Positions 1-9,966 of a stretch of 54,023 nt of DNA are shown here, in pieces. The notes under the pieces were generated by a model. It had not been told where the DNA came from. It was given only the letters and a program-made list of their open reading frames with translations, and did no database searches. Within the stretch, counting starts at the first letter, position 1, and every line of letters starts with the position of its first letter. Source of the stretch: Blastocatellia bacterium (lineage in GTDB: Bacteria > Acidobacteriota > Blastocatellia > RBC074); assembly GCA_043775925.1 (NCBI GenBank), contig JAYVRW010000291.1, positions 1 through 54,023 of the forward strand, written 5' to 3'. Made by a program: the position numbers and the translations under genes.

Positions 1-667
1 GTCTTTCCAATCTCAAGCGGACGATTGCGCCTGAATCCAGACGAACTTCCTTGCCTTTGGTCAGGAGGATTCCGGTAATGATGCCTCCTCCCATGACTCC
101 AGCGGCGGCGGCGGCACTGCCTCCGCTAATTCCTCTTCCATAGCCTGAATAACCGCTATCGCGTCCGGCGAGGATAATAATCATGGCGGCGGCGCTGCTG
201 ATGCCAATGGCTGTACTCGCGCCGCGTAAAACATCTCCACCGCTCCTGGTTCCTTTCAATGAGCCTTCGCTATTCGTTTTGATTTTTTCATCACGGGCGA
301 AGTCAGTGGCGGATTGCACAATCGCGGAAATCTTTTTGATGCCATTGTCGAGACGAACATGGTCAAAGCTGATGTGGAGTTGTCCGCCCTTGAATGGACG
401 TTTTGCGCCTTTCGCAGCGGTGATGCGCCCAATGACTTCAGTCCCGGCGGGCAGCAGCACGACGCCATCAACTTCGACATCCTTCTTGATCGTCGTAATG
501 ACTTCATCGCCAACGTCGCTGAGCTTGGAGCTGATAGGTTCGTGGATTTTTAGTTGAATGACAGTTCCTTCAGGAATGATCACTGGTTTTGAAGAGGCAG
601 TTTGCGCCGGTAACAGTGAAGACAGCAGCGCCAACAGACAAAGGGAAACGATCATTTTCTTTTTCAT
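1..667 (-). CDS. Secreted TrbI/VirB10-like beta-barrel protein (3' end runs off the window; absent from the ORF track)
   Basis: Hand translation from ATG at 667 (GAGGTG RBS upstream) stays open to the window edge: MKKKMIVSLCLLALLSSLLPAQ (signal peptide), IIPEGTVIQLKIHEPISSK..VGDEV..KDVEVDGVVLLPAGTEVIGRI.., a Gly/Ala-rich segment, then LLTKGKEVRLDSGAIVRLRL. Confidence 0.75.
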   Translation of the reverse strand, partial: MKKKMIVSLCLLALLSSLLPAQTASSKPVIIPEGTVIQLKIHEPISSKLSDVGDEVITTIKKDVEVDGVVLLPAGTEVIGRITAAKGAKRPFKGGQLHISFDHVRLDNGIKKISAIVQSATDFARDEKIKTNSEGSLKGTRSGGDVLRGASTAIGISSAAAMIIILAGRDSGYSGYGRGISGGSAAAAAGVMGGGIITGILLTKGKEVRLDSGAIVRLRLER

Positions 668-725
668 ATAACACCTCATTGCAAATTTAATACTGAATTG
701 CACAGTGAAAGGGGTAATAGTATAA

Positions 726-959
<234 letters not shown>

Positions 960-1037
960 TGCAGGGGGAGCCATTGGCTAAAGCTGAAAACGAGGACTCT
1001 GGCAAAGAATCCTCGTTGATTGATAATTCACTAACTA

Positions 1038-1562
1038 TTAATGGCCTGCGGTAGCGAAAGCGGCGCGATGCTTGTTGCAGGCACCATCAAGCGCAGCATC
1101 CACTTTGGGTTCAACCTTTGTTTCGGGAACTCCGCCGACGGAAGCGAGTTCGCTGATAATTAATTGTCGGGCTTTTTCCAGCATGCGCTTTTCCCGGAAG
1201 GAAAGCGGTTTTTGCTGATTTAAATACGTCAAAGTTTTCAAGACTTCGGCAATTAAAAATAAATCACCACTGCGCATCCGGTCGGAAAAATCCTTGAAGC
1301 GATTTTTCCAATCCATATCCGGCATTGATAAATCTTCAGCCAGAACTTTAAGCAATTCATTGCATTGCTTGTTGGCAATGGGAGAGCGTAAGCCGACTTC
1401 CAAAGCATTGCGAACAGGAACCATCACGGTCGAGTTGGTCGAAGCCAACCGTAACAAATAAAATTCGTTACTTTCACCATTAATCTGATGTTTGGCAAGT
1501 TGTTCGATGATTGCGATGCCGTGATTCGGATAAACCACTTTATCACCAATATTGAAATTCAC
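1038..1562 (-). CDS. carD: CarD family transcriptional regulator
   Basis: N-terminus FNIGDKVVYPNHG, MVPV..VGLR, conserved Trp in DWKNRFK, LSFREKRMLEKA. Confidence 0.9.
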   Translation of the reverse strand: MNFNIGDKVVYPNHGIAIIEQLAKHQINGESNEFYLLRLASTNSTVMVPVRNALEVGLRSPIANKQCNELLKVLAEDLSMPDMDWKNRFKDFSDRMRSGDLFLIAEVLKTLTYLNQQKPLSFREKRMLEKARQLIISELASVGGVPETKVEPKVDAALDGACNKHRAAFATAGH

Positions 1563-1695
1563 TGTTTTCTCCTCTGTAAGCGAAGCGCCCTGGCCGGTAT
1601 GTGATCTCGTGCTTTGCTTTGTCTAAAAAACTTAGTTCAAAGTACTTCCATTAATTTGAAATAGTAACATCACGCTCGCCACATCGCAAACTTGC

Positions 1696-2874
1696 TTAAC
1701 GCGACTGAACGCTAGCTTGCTTGATTTTACGACTCGCCCACTGCCTGGCCCATTTGTCGGCCTGCAAAACAGTCTCAAGCTCATTGACTGGTTCTGCCTG
1801 GTGAGCTTCGCACGCGGCGCGAATTAAATTCGGGATTTGTCCAAACTTTATTTCTTCGTTGAGGAACGCGGCGACGGCGATTTCATTGGCGGCGTTTAAG
1901 ACTGCGGGCATCGTCCCGCCAGTGCGCAAAGCCTCATACGCCAGCGCAATGCACGGGAAGCGGTCAGGATCAGGATCGTGAAATTCGAGGTTGCCAGCAG
2001 TGGTGAGATTCAGCGGTGGCAGCTCAGCCGCCTGCCGCGCCGGATAGGTCAACGCGTATTGAATCGCGTGGCGCATGTCGGTGACGCCGAGCTGCGCAAT
2101 GATTGATCCATCCACAAATTCCACCATCGAATGCACGACGGATTGCGGATGCACAATGATGTCAATTTCATCAGCGCTGCGATTGAAAAGCCAACGCGCT
2201 TCGATGACTTCCAGGCCTTTATTCATCATCGTCGCGGAATCAATCGTGATCTTATCGCCCATCCGCCACGTGGGATGTTGTAAGGCTTGCGCCGGAGTTG
2301 CATGGTCAATCACTTCTTTGCTGGCAGTTCTGAAGGGACCGCCGGAAGCAGTTAAGATTAAGCGTTTGACTTCAGATGAATGTTCGCCGCGTAAACATTG
2401 ATGCAAAGCGTTGTGCTCGCTGTCGACGGGTAATAATTCAGCCCCGGATTTTTCGGCGGCGCGCTTCATTAATTCACCCGCAATGACGAGCGTTTCTTTA
2501 TTGGCGAGGGCGACGCGGCGTCCGGCTTCAAGTGCGCGATAAACAGGTAATAAGCCCAGTGCGCCAACGACTGCGCCGATCACAATTTCGACGTTTTCAT
2601 ACAATGCGACTTCGCATAACCCTTCGACTCCGGTTGTGATGCGCGGAATTTCTGAGAGATTGTAGCCTGATAGAATTTGGCTTAATTTTTCGGCGTGCGC
2701 TTCATCGGCGACGGCGACTAAATGCGGATGAAATTGACGGATCTGCTCGGCGAGTAATTCAACATTGGTTCCGGCTCCGAGTGCGGCGACCGTGAATTGG
2801 TCACGCAACGAATCCACCACACGCAAGGTGTTACAACCAATCGAACCAGTAGAACCAAGAATAGAAATTTGCAT
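1696..2874 (-). CDS. dxr: 1-deoxy-D-xylulose-5-phosphate reductoisomerase
   Basis: ILGSTGSIG, LANKETLV, LPVDSEH, HPTWRMGDKITIDSATMMNKGLE. Start placed at MQISIL (2874) because the upstream extension is repeat-derived. Confidence 0.97.
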   Translation of the reverse strand: MQISILGSTGSIGCNTLRVVDSLRDQFTVAALGAGTNVELLAEQIRQFHPHLVAVADEAHAEKLSQILSGYNLSEIPRITTGVEGLCEVALYENVEIVIGAVVGALGLLPVYRALEAGRRVALANKETLVIAGELMKRAAEKSGAELLPVDSEHNALHQCLRGEHSSEVKRLILTASGGPFRTASKEVIDHATPAQALQHPTWRMGDKITIDSATMMNKGLEVIEARWLFNRSADEIDIIVHPQSVVHSMVEFVDGSIIAQLGVTDMRHAIQYALTYPARQAAELPPLNLTTAGNLEFHDPDPDRFPCIALAYEALRTGGTMPAVLNAANEIAVAAFLNEEIKFGQIPNLIRAACEAHQAEPVNELETVLQADKWARQWASRKIKQASVQSR

Positions 2875-2880
2875 GTTAGT

Positions 2881-2960
2881 TTTGAGTTTCGCGTTTCGGG
2901 TTTCGAGTTTTTGGGAATCCATTAACCTGGTCTTCCTCGAAACCCGAAACGCGAAACTAC
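2881..2960. repeat. Inverted heptamer tandem-repeat hairpin, GTTTCGA family
   Basis: GAGTTTCGCGTTTCGGGTTTCGAG ... CTCGAAACCCGAAACGCGAAACT. Confidence 0.8.
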
Positions 2961-3766
2961 CTTAAAAACAGGGCGTAGTAATAATACAGCACCGGAGCAT
3001 TGAATAATATGCTATCCAGCCGATCAAGGATGCCGCCGTGTCCGGGAATAATATTGGCGGCGTCTTTGACATTGGAACCGCGTTTCATCATTGATTCACA
3101 TAAATCACCGATGATACCGAGCGATCCCATAATCAATGCCAGCGGAATCGCCGTGACTAAATTCAGCTCAGGGAAAAAAGTGAAATGCGCGATGACGACT
3201 GCGAGGACATTGGCGACCAGTCCGCCGATGGAGCCTTCGATAGTTTTTCCAGGGCTGATACGCGGAGCCAGTTTATTTTTCCCCAGCGCTCGTCCGGTGT
3301 AATACGCTCCGGTGTCTCCGGCGAAAACGATCAGGAAAAATAGTGAAATTAATTTGGCGGAAAGCTGAATTCCGTGATCGTCTACGAGTCGTAACCAGAT
3401 TAAATATCCGCCGAGGATGGCGACATACGCGACGCCGAAGACCGCTCCGGCTGCGCCTGCCAAAGCTTTCGTCAAATCCTGAACCGTGAAAAGCTGTACC
3501 GTTAATTCGACAATGACGAGAGCTGCAAGAGCGGCTACGATGAGGTCGGGGCGATGAAAATAAAAACTGGATAAAATGGCGAGAGCAGCAATGAAGACAG
3601 GGCATGAACTGGCTTTTAATCCGACCTGTTCGGCAATATTTTTGTATTCAAGCAAGCCGAGAATCGCTGCAACAAAAATTAAGCCTGAAAAATAAATTGG
3701 TGAAGCTCGCCAGATAATGAGCAGTAAAATGGGGAGAAAAATAATTGCGGAAAAAACTCGGGACAT
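2957..3766 (-). CDS. cdsA: Phosphatidate cytidylyltransferase
   Basis: Multi-TM protein with DTGAYYTG, ISPGKTIEG, GDLCESMMKR..VKD..IPGHGGILDRLDS; uppS-cdsA-dxr synteny. Confidence 0.95.
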   Translation of the reverse strand: MSRVFSAIIFLPILLLIIWRASPIYFSGLIFVAAILGLLEYKNIAEQVGLKASSCPVFIAALAILSSFYFHRPDLIVAALAALVIVELTVQLFTVQDLTKALAGAAGAVFGVAYVAILGGYLIWLRLVDDHGIQLSAKLISLFFLIVFAGDTGAYYTGRALGKNKLAPRISPGKTIEGSIGGLVANVLAVVIAHFTFFPELNLVTAIPLALIMGSLGIIGDLCESMMKRGSNVKDAANIIPGHGGILDRLDSILFNAPVLYYYYALFLR

Positions 3767-3768
3767 AA

Positions 3769-3850
3769 AAGTTTCGAGTTTCGAGTTTCGAGTTTCGAGA
3801 AATCAAGGAATTGGTTTTCCTCGAAACTCAAGACCCGAAACCCGAAACTA
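3769..3850. repeat. Inverted heptamer tandem-repeat hairpin, GTTTCGA family
   Basis: (GTTTCGA)4 ... CTCGAAACTCAAGACCCGAAACCCGAAACT; overlaps the uppS 3' end. Confidence 0.85.
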
Positions 3851-4610
3851 TTTCACTGATACCGCCATATCGGCGGTCACGTTTTTGGTAATCAATGATG
3901 GCGGCAAAAAAGTTCGGACGGCGAAAATCAGGCCAGAAAACATCGGTGATATAAATCTCGGCGTAGGCCAGTTGCCACAATAGAAAATTGCTAATCCGAA
4001 ATTCTCCACTCGTGCGAATCATCAAATCAGGGTCAGGCAAATCGTGCGTGTACATATATTTTGAGAGTTCGGCTTCGGTGATTTCTTCCGGCGGAGTTCC
4101 AGCTTTCATCAGTGAACGTACCGCATCAACAATTTCGACTCGTCCCCCATAATTCAACGCGACATTGAGAACCATGCCAGTATTTTTAGAAGTTTGCTGA
4201 ATTGCGCTGGCTAATTCAACTTGTACGGATTCATCTAAATCGTGAGTTCTGCCAATCGTTTGAAAGCGAATATTGTTGCGATCCAGATTATCAATTTCCT
4301 TGCGGAGATACTCTTTCAAAAAAGTCATCAACGCTTCGATTTCGTAAGCGGGGCGCTTCCAGTTTTCGACTGAAAAAGCATAGAGGGTCAGTGCTTCAAT
4401 GCCGAGTCTGGCAGCAGTGTCTACGCTGTCGCGGACGGCTTCGACGCCGGCGCGATGTCCGGCAATGCGCGGCAGAAATCGTTTTTTCGCCCAACGTCCA
4501 TTGCCATCCATAATTACTGCGACGTGACGCGGCAGGCGCGACGGATCAATTTGCGCCAGCAATTTTGCTTCGTCTGATCCGGTCTTGATGATGGTTGCAA
4601 AATTAGACAT
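3828..4610 (-). CDS. uppS: Undecaprenyl/isoprenyl diphosphate synthase
   Basis: HVAVIMDGNGRWA, YAFSVENWKRP, DPDLMIRTSGEFRISNFLLWQ. Confidence 0.97.
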   Translation of the reverse strand: MSNFATIIKTGSDEAKLLAQIDPSRLPRHVAVIMDGNGRWAKKRFLPRIAGHRAGVEAVRDSVDTAARLGIEALTLYAFSVENWKRPAYEIEALMTFLKEYLRKEIDNLDRNNIRFQTIGRTHDLDESVQVELASAIQQTSKNTGMVLNVALNYGGRVEIVDAVRSLMKAGTPPEEITEAELSKYMYTHDLPDPDLMIRTSGEFRISNFLLWQLAYAEIYITDVFWPDFRRPNFFAAIIDYQKRDRRYGGISEIVSGFGS

Positions 4611-4645
4611 TGAGCGACGTTGATGATACGGAGCCTGAAATTTTT

Positions 4646-4739
4646 AGCCACGAATTACACGAATTTTCACGAATGAAGGAAATAAGAATTGACTGTTTGA
4701 GTCGAGAAAATTTGTGAAAATTCGTGTAATTCGTGGCTA
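4646..4739. repeat. Inverted nonamer/decamer repeat hairpin (CACGAAT family)
   Basis: TAGCCACGAATTACACGAATTTTCACGAAT ... ATTTGTGAAAATTCGTGTAATTCGTGGCTA. Confidence 0.85.
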
Positions 4740-4773
4740 CTATCAGAGCTTCTCTTCAATCCAGAAAATCATA

Positions 4774-5502
4774 CTAATATTCGACTGACATCAGCGTCAA
4801 CCCTTTCGCCGGAGCGGTTCCACGAATCAGGCTTCGTTGCTGACTGAGAATCAAATCTTTCATACTCATCGGGATTCTTCCGCGATTGATTTCGACCAGC
4901 GCTGTGACCATCGTTCGCACCTGATAACGCAGGAATCCGGTTCCCGTAAAAAAGAATTGTAACAAGGCTCCGTCAGGTTTTATTTGAAGGTTTGTAATTG
5001 TCCGAATATGAGTTTTGGTCATGCACGAGCTGACCGTAAAAGCTGAAAAATCGTGCGTCCCGATTAATGATTGTGCTTCCCGTTGCAGGCTCTCATCGTT
5101 AATCGGATATGGAAAATGCCACGTCATCGGTTCAAGCAACGGATGCCAGACCTCGGAATTATAAATTTGGTAACGGTAGGTTTTGGAGTGGGGGGAAAAT
5201 CGTGCGTGAAATTCCTCATCCACCGGAATTGCTTCGGTGACGCGAATGTCGGAGGGCAGATTTCCATTCAGTGCATTGCGGAGTTTTCGCGGCTCCCAAG
5301 GGTGAGCTAAGTGGCAGGAAACGACCTGCCCTTCGGCGTGGACTCCGGCATCGGTGCGTCCGGCGGCTTGGATGATGACGGGCGCGCCTTCGATTTTGCT
5401 GGCGGCGTTGGTTAAAGCTAACTGAATAGTGGGCTTTTCGCGCTGCATCTGCCATCCTTCATAATTTGTGCCGTCGTAAGCAAGCGTAATTTTATAATTC
5501 AT
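4774..5502 (-). CDS. truA: tRNA pseudouridine(38-40) synthase
   Basis: AYDGTNYEGWQ, AGRTDAGVHA, GFLRYQVR, TAPAKGLTL. Confidence 0.95.
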   Translation of the reverse strand: MNYKITLAYDGTNYEGWQMQREKPTIQLALTNAASKIEGAPVIIQAAGRTDAGVHAEGQVVSCHLAHPWEPRKLRNALNGNLPSDIRVTEAIPVDEEFHARFSPHSKTYRYQIYNSEVWHPLLEPMTWHFPYPINDESLQREAQSLIGTHDFSAFTVSSCMTKTHIRTITNLQIKPDGALLQFFFTGTGFLRYQVRTMVTALVEINRGRIPMSMKDLILSQQRSLIRGTAPAKGLTLMSVEY

Positions 5503-5632
5503 ACAAGCAGTCAGAATAGCTTACAAATGCGAGGTGGTACAGCCGCCGGAAGCCTCATTGCCGACCACAAAAACATGATATTCGTGGAACCTTTTTTGTG
5601 ATATAACGTGTCTACAATGTGTGTGGTTTGTG

Positions 5633-5680
5633 TGAGGTGGTCGGGACTCTATAAACCGAGGAAGGCCGCCTCCTTTTTTT
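5633..5680 (+). terminator. Intrinsic terminator-like hairpin (GAGGTGGTC...GGCCGCCTC plus T-run) upstream of pilN
   Basis: 9-bp stem with two G-U pairs followed by CTTTTTTTT. Confidence 0.45.
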
Positions 5681-5797
5681 GCCACCTGCTATTTTTGAGA
5701 AGGGGAACCGACAATATGTTATATTCCTCGCGTTTATCGCCCCTGAAATTCATACTTTTGTTCTGTTTTTTTCCATCAACCCGACGTTAGAGCCAAT

Positions 5798-6427
5798 ATG
5801 AAACCACTGCTTAATTTAGCCAGCGAACCGTTCCGCAATCGGCGACTATTCTGGTTACTGATGACCGGATTAATTTTCGCTACGGCGATGTTTGGATTGA
5901 ATACGCTCAGCCAAAAATCACAGCTTCAAATGCAGGCAAATATGTTGGAGCCGCAAGTCAAAAAACTGGAAGAAAAAGTGAAAGGCGGCGATGTTGCCGA
6001 TTTTGCAGGCTCGACGTTAAGCTCTGTCCAGAATATCGCTTTGATTGCCGCTGACGATTTGATTTTGCGCAAGAGCTTTTCGTGGTCGCAATTGCTCAAC
6101 GATTTAGAACGCTACATTCCTTCCAGTGTGCGTGTGACGCGGATTGCGGTAGACAAAGTAGGTAAAAAAGCTGGCAATAAAAATTCTGATTCGGCTGATC
6201 GCCCCGTCTTGCTTTCGTTTGAAGTGGTGGGAAAGCAGGCGACCGATGTGACGCAACTGATTGCAGATTTGAATCATTCTGCGCGATTCACGGCATCTCC
6301 GGTTTCGCAAAAAACAGTTGAAGAAACCAACGAAGTGTTGTTCCAACTAGAAGTTGAATATCGCGCTTCAACGTTATCCAGCGCCAGCGCACCTGCGGCC
6401 CAGGTTGCTGAAGGAGGCAAGAAATAA
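5798..6427 (+). CDS. pilN: PilN-like type IV pilus/T2SS alignment protein
   Basis: N-terminal LNLASEPF, single TM helix, coiled coil, WSQLLNDLERYIPSSVRVTRI. Confidence 0.75.
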   Translation: MKPLLNLASEPFRNRRLFWLLMTGLIFATAMFGLNTLSQKSQLQMQANMLEPQVKKLEEKVKGGDVADFAGSTLSSVQNIALIAADDLILRKSFSWSQLLNDLERYIPSSVRVTRIAVDKVGKKAGNKNSDSADRPVLLSFEVVGKQATDVTQLIADLNHSARFTASPVSQKTVEETNEVLFQLEVEYRASTLSSASAPAAQVAEGGKK

Positions 6428-7278
6428 TGAAGACTCCTGATTTTTCAAATCTTAGTAATACCTTCAAAGGCTTAAAGCTGAGCATCGTCGAAATCGTAGC
6501 CCTGGTTTCAACGCTCGTTTTTGCAGGCATCGTGCTGGCGCTTTATTTCAATAATATTCAGCCGATCAAAAATAAAATTACTGAACTGGAAACGCGCAAG
6601 AAACAATTAACCAGTCAGGTCGTGACAAAAATTGAACAGGACACAGCCGTGACTAATCAGCGTACCAACGCGCAGAAAATCCTTGATAGTCTGGAAAGTT
6701 TTGAATCGCATTTGCGCCATCGTAAGCAGGGAATTTCTGATGTTATTGTTGAGGTGAACCAGTTAGCGCATACCAATCATGTTCGCGCTGGAGACATTTC
6801 CTACCACACAGATTCGCCGGATCAGTTGGCTACGAATGGTCAACCGGGCGCGAACCCTACACCAGCTCCGGCGATTACGCGGCGCGATAAATTGCCCAAC
6901 GTCTATGAAGGTTTAGGCATTGATACGACGGTAGAAGGTGATTATCACGATCTGCGCAGATTTATTTCGGCGCTCGAACACAGTCGAAATTTTGTGATTA
7001 TTAATGCGATTTCGCTCCAGAGTGTTGACGAGAAAAAAAGGCAGAGAGCTTCGGTCGCTGATGTCCCTGAAAATATCCCTGGGCAACCGCCAATGCCAAG
7101 AGGAGCCAGAGGCGCACCGCCTAATGCCGCTCCGGTAGCGTCGGCTCCAACTTCGTTTCCGACCAAAGTAACAGTCTCGTTAAAAATTGAAATGGAAACG
7201 CACTTTGCCCGTGACGGCGGCGTAGATACGACGTTGGCAAAACCAATTCCGGCGGTAGCTCCACCTGTGAGCAAATAA
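6427..7278 (+). CDS. pilO: PilO/GspM-like alignment protein
   Basis: TM helix plus coiled coil; VEGDYHDLRRFISALE motif; TAATG coupling to pilN. Confidence 0.75.
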   Translation: MKTPDFSNLSNTFKGLKLSIVEIVALVSTLVFAGIVLALYFNNIQPIKNKITELETRKKQLTSQVVTKIEQDTAVTNQRTNAQKILDSLESFESHLRHRKQGISDVIVEVNQLAHTNHVRAGDISYHTDSPDQLATNGQPGANPTPAPAITRRDKLPNVYEGLGIDTTVEGDYHDLRRFISALEHSRNFVIINAISLQSVDEKKRQRASVADVPENIPGQPPMPRGARGAPPNAAPVASAPTSFPTKVTVSLKIEMETHFARDGGVDTTLAKPIPAVAPPVSK

Positions 7279-7299
7279 GGTAATCCTGACTGACAGTAG

Positions 7300-8154
7300 G
7301 TGAGTATGACTTTGAATAAAGACCAAAAAAAACAAGCCGCTGCTATAGCACTGGCGTGTCTGGCGGCAGCATTGATTGTCTATAATGTTTTCTTTGCCAA
7401 CAGCGCACCTCCACCGACGAAGAGGACTTCCGGTAAGAAGGGCATTCCCGTGCTAAGCACTTCGATTTACAGTACGGATACACCTGACGAAAAACGTGCA
7501 GAAGTTCTGCTGGTGAGTCAGCCGCTGGATATGGGGGGACTCGGTGGTAGCGTTTCTCCGGTGATGGGGCGCAATATTTTTATTTATCCACCGCCGCCGC
7601 CAGTCATAATACCACCGATAAAGGACGTGAAGATTCCAACTCCGACCCCAGCACCGCCGCCGCCGATTACTTTAGGTGGGGCGAATCCAAACAGTGTCAC
7701 GGCGCGTACCAAAGGTTTTGAGATGACGATTTACGGCGCGAAATTCCCGGCAGACGCGCAGGTGCTGATTAATGGCAGTCCCTTACAAACGACTTTTTTG
7801 AACGATACGCAATTGAAAATTAATATGCCGCAGACGGCGATAGCCAATCCCGGCGCACTTCGCCTTGAAGTCAAGAGCGCGAGCGATCCGGTCAAAATGT
7901 ATTCCAATCCGTTGAATTTTACGGTCAATCCGGCTCCGATTCCTGAGTATGTTTATACAGGAATTGTGGTCAAAAATGGAGTTAGCACGGCGGTGATTCG
8001 GGATAAGAACGAAACGGAATTGCAGAACGTCCGCAAAGGACAAAAGATCGGCCCGTGGCAAATCATGAATATCAATCCGAATACGATTGAGATACTGGAT
8101 ACGCGCATTGGCGTTACCCATAGCATTCAATTTACCGGAGATAGCGGCGGTTAA
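7300..8154 (+). CDS. Membrane-anchored Pro-rich protein with an IPT/TIG-like Ig domain and a PilP/GspC-like C-terminal beta domain
   Basis: TM helix, GRNIF plus poly-Pro linker, PNSV..MTIYGAKF..VLING..TTFLNDTQL, then YVYTGIV..TAVI..VRKGQKIG. Confidence 0.6.
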   Translation: MSMTLNKDQKKQAAAIALACLAAALIVYNVFFANSAPPPTKRTSGKKGIPVLSTSIYSTDTPDEKRAEVLLVSQPLDMGGLGGSVSPVMGRNIFIYPPPPPVIIPPIKDVKIPTPTPAPPPPITLGGANPNSVTARTKGFEMTIYGAKFPADAQVLINGSPLQTTFLNDTQLKINMPQTAIANPGALRLEVKSASDPVKMYSNPLNFTVNPAPIPEYVYTGIVVKNGVSTAVIRDKNETELQNVRKGQKIGPWQIMNINPNTIEILDTRIGVTHSIQFTGDSGG

Positions 8155-8160
8155 TGCAGA

Positions 8161-8228
8161 GGCAGAAGCCCGACTGTGAAGGAGGGCTTTTCTTCACTGA
8201 CACCCTTGTTAACACGCGGGCTTCTGCC
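8161..8228. repeat. REP-like palindrome, family B
   Basis: GGCAGAAGCCCGACTGTGAAGGAGGG...CCCTTGTTAACACGCGGGCTTCTGCC. Confidence 0.7.
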
Positions 8229-8245
8229 GGATAGGATGACGAAAC

Positions 8246-9178
8246 ATGAAACAACGAAAAAAACAATCTAAAGAATCAGGTTATGCGCTCCTGGCGTTGC
8301 TGGCAGCCATGACCATCATCACTATCGGTGTCGTTTCACAGCTCTCGAAGCCAACCGTTCGTTTTCAATCGCAACGAGAAAACGAAGAAGAGATGATCTA
8401 TCGCGCCGAGCTGGTAACGAATGCGATCCAAAGCTATGCGAACATTAAAGGTGGTTTCTCGCCGCAAAATTGCCCGATGAAACTGGAAGAATTGTTACGG
8501 GAATATCAGGTTCCTACGTCGGGCGGATTGCAACGGCAACATTTGGTTCGTAAATTTGCGATGACGGATCCGATTACCAATCAGGATTGGGTTCCGGTTC
8601 GTTTGGGTGATCCGAAAATTGCTGAGTTTTATCGAACGTATGATCGTTATGTGAAAGCACAACAAGCGGCAGCGGCGTTGAATGGCGGAGGTGCAGGCAA
8701 TGCGCAGGAAATGCAGCGCATGATGCAATCAGCGGAATTCCTGCGTCAGGCGGCGATTTACTCAGGCGTAGACATCAACAAGCCATCAGATGATGAACAA
8801 GCCAAAGACAGCACCTCTACTCCGACGAGTAGTACGAGTCAATCTCCTACTCCGATTCGCCAACAGCAGTCTTCAACGCCAACTTTTAAATTGAGTGATG
8901 ATCTGGATGGCAGGCCAATTATTGGAGTCATCAGTAAATCAAAATTGGCGATGGTTAAGAATTATTACGAAATTGCGAGTTTAGATAAGGCCTTGTTTAT
9001 TCCGGGAATTGTGAATCCCACGAATCCGCAATCAGGCGGCGTTATTGGCGGAGGTGCGCCAATTATTGCAAATCCTGATGACCCAACAGATCGGCGCGCA
9101 AAAATTATTCCTGGTCAATGTCCGCCGACCGGCCCGCTCAAGCCAGGATGTCCGCCGCGTGGTGGACAGGTTCCGTAA
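8246..9178 (+). CDS. Prepilin-like (minor pseudopilin) protein
   Basis: Basic leader KQRKKQSKESG followed by hydrophobic YALLALLAAMTII; RENEEEMIYRA; DPIT..DW. Confidence 0.7.
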   Translation: MKQRKKQSKESGYALLALLAAMTIITIGVVSQLSKPTVRFQSQRENEEEMIYRAELVTNAIQSYANIKGGFSPQNCPMKLEELLREYQVPTSGGLQRQHLVRKFAMTDPITNQDWVPVRLGDPKIAEFYRTYDRYVKAQQAAAALNGGGAGNAQEMQRMMQSAEFLRQAAIYSGVDINKPSDDEQAKDSTSTPTSSTSQSPTPIRQQQSSTPTFKLSDDLDGRPIIGVISKSKLAMVKNYYEIASLDKALFIPGIVNPTNPQSGGVIGGGAPIIANPDDPTDRRAKIIPGQCPPTGPLKPGCPPRGGQVP

Positions 9179-9200
9179 AGAATTTGCCGATGTAATTTTT

Positions 9201-9232
9201 AAGGCCGTAGAAATTGGTTCTGCGGCCTTTTT
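9201..9232. terminator. Bidirectional intrinsic terminator between convergent genes
   Basis: AAGGCCGTAGAA-attgg-TTCTGCGGCCTT followed by a T-run. Confidence 0.7.
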
Positions 9233-9896
9233 AATTTTTCATCAAATGCTGGTCGTAGCCGAGCGCTACTAATTTTTCATACGCCTGCCAGACTTCATTG
9301 GGAATTTCCTGCTCAATCTGAAAACCAAGACTTGGATAAAATTTTATGCGCTGCAAATCTCCAACCATAATATTGATGACTTTTTCCAGCGGCAGAATTT
9401 CGTTGGGATAGTCAGCCAGGGAAATCGGCGGAGAGGCTACAATAAGATTTTTCTCCGGCCACCGTTTGCGAAACGTAGCGAAGGCGCGTCGCTCCATATA
9501 CGGTTTTTGTAGGAGAATAAAATTCTGTGGATTGATCCCGCGAGCGGCAAGAATTCGCCGACTGAAATCAATATTCTCGCCCGTATTCGTGGATTCCGCC
9601 TCTAAAATAATGGCTGTTTCTGGGATACCTTTTTGTCTGGCGATCTCCGCAAAAACTTCCGCTTCAGGTTTCGTGAATTGATCTTTCGTGAGTGCGCCAA
9701 CATTTCCTGAAAACATGAGAAGCGGCGCTAAGCCCTGCAAATACAGGTCAGCGGCATATTCTGCGACACGAATGTCATTGCTGCCGAGTGCGAGGATAAG
9801 GTCAGATTTTTGGAGCGTGTGGTTGAGGTGATGATAGTCCCAGATGATTTGGGCGAGTTGCGTAATGCGCATAGTTTCCATAGTCACAAAATCCAC
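9231..9896 (-). CDS. YdcF/DUF218 family protein
   Basis: DLILALGS, LMFSG, EAEVFA, ILEAESTNTGENI, QKPYMERRA; true start may be at 9881 or 9872. Confidence 0.85.
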   Translation of the reverse strand: MDFVTMETMRITQLAQIIWDYHHLNHTLQKSDLILALGSNDIRVAEYAADLYLQGLAPLLMFSGNVGALTKDQFTKPEAEVFAEIARQKGIPETAIILEAESTNTGENIDFSRRILAARGINPQNFILLQKPYMERRAFATFRKRWPEKNLIVASPPISLADYPNEILPLEKVINIMVGDLQRIKFYPSLGFQIEQEIPNEVWQAYEKLVALGYDQHLMKN

Positions 9897-9966
9897 AGAG
9901 CTTGTATATATCCTTGCAGTAAAGTAAATTTAAGGCGACGGAAATATTTAAAGGTGCAAGAACAGA

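Noticed and set aside
183-557. Track ORFs 183..557, 256..513 and 314..553
   Set aside because: They are shadows of the real minus-strand gene starting at 667, which has an RBS and signal peptide.
2875-2922. N-terminal extensions of Dxr (and of HisS at 33474-33545) in the ORF track
   Set aside because: The ETRN/KLET-type sequences are read-through of heptamer repeats; family homology begins at the downstream Met.
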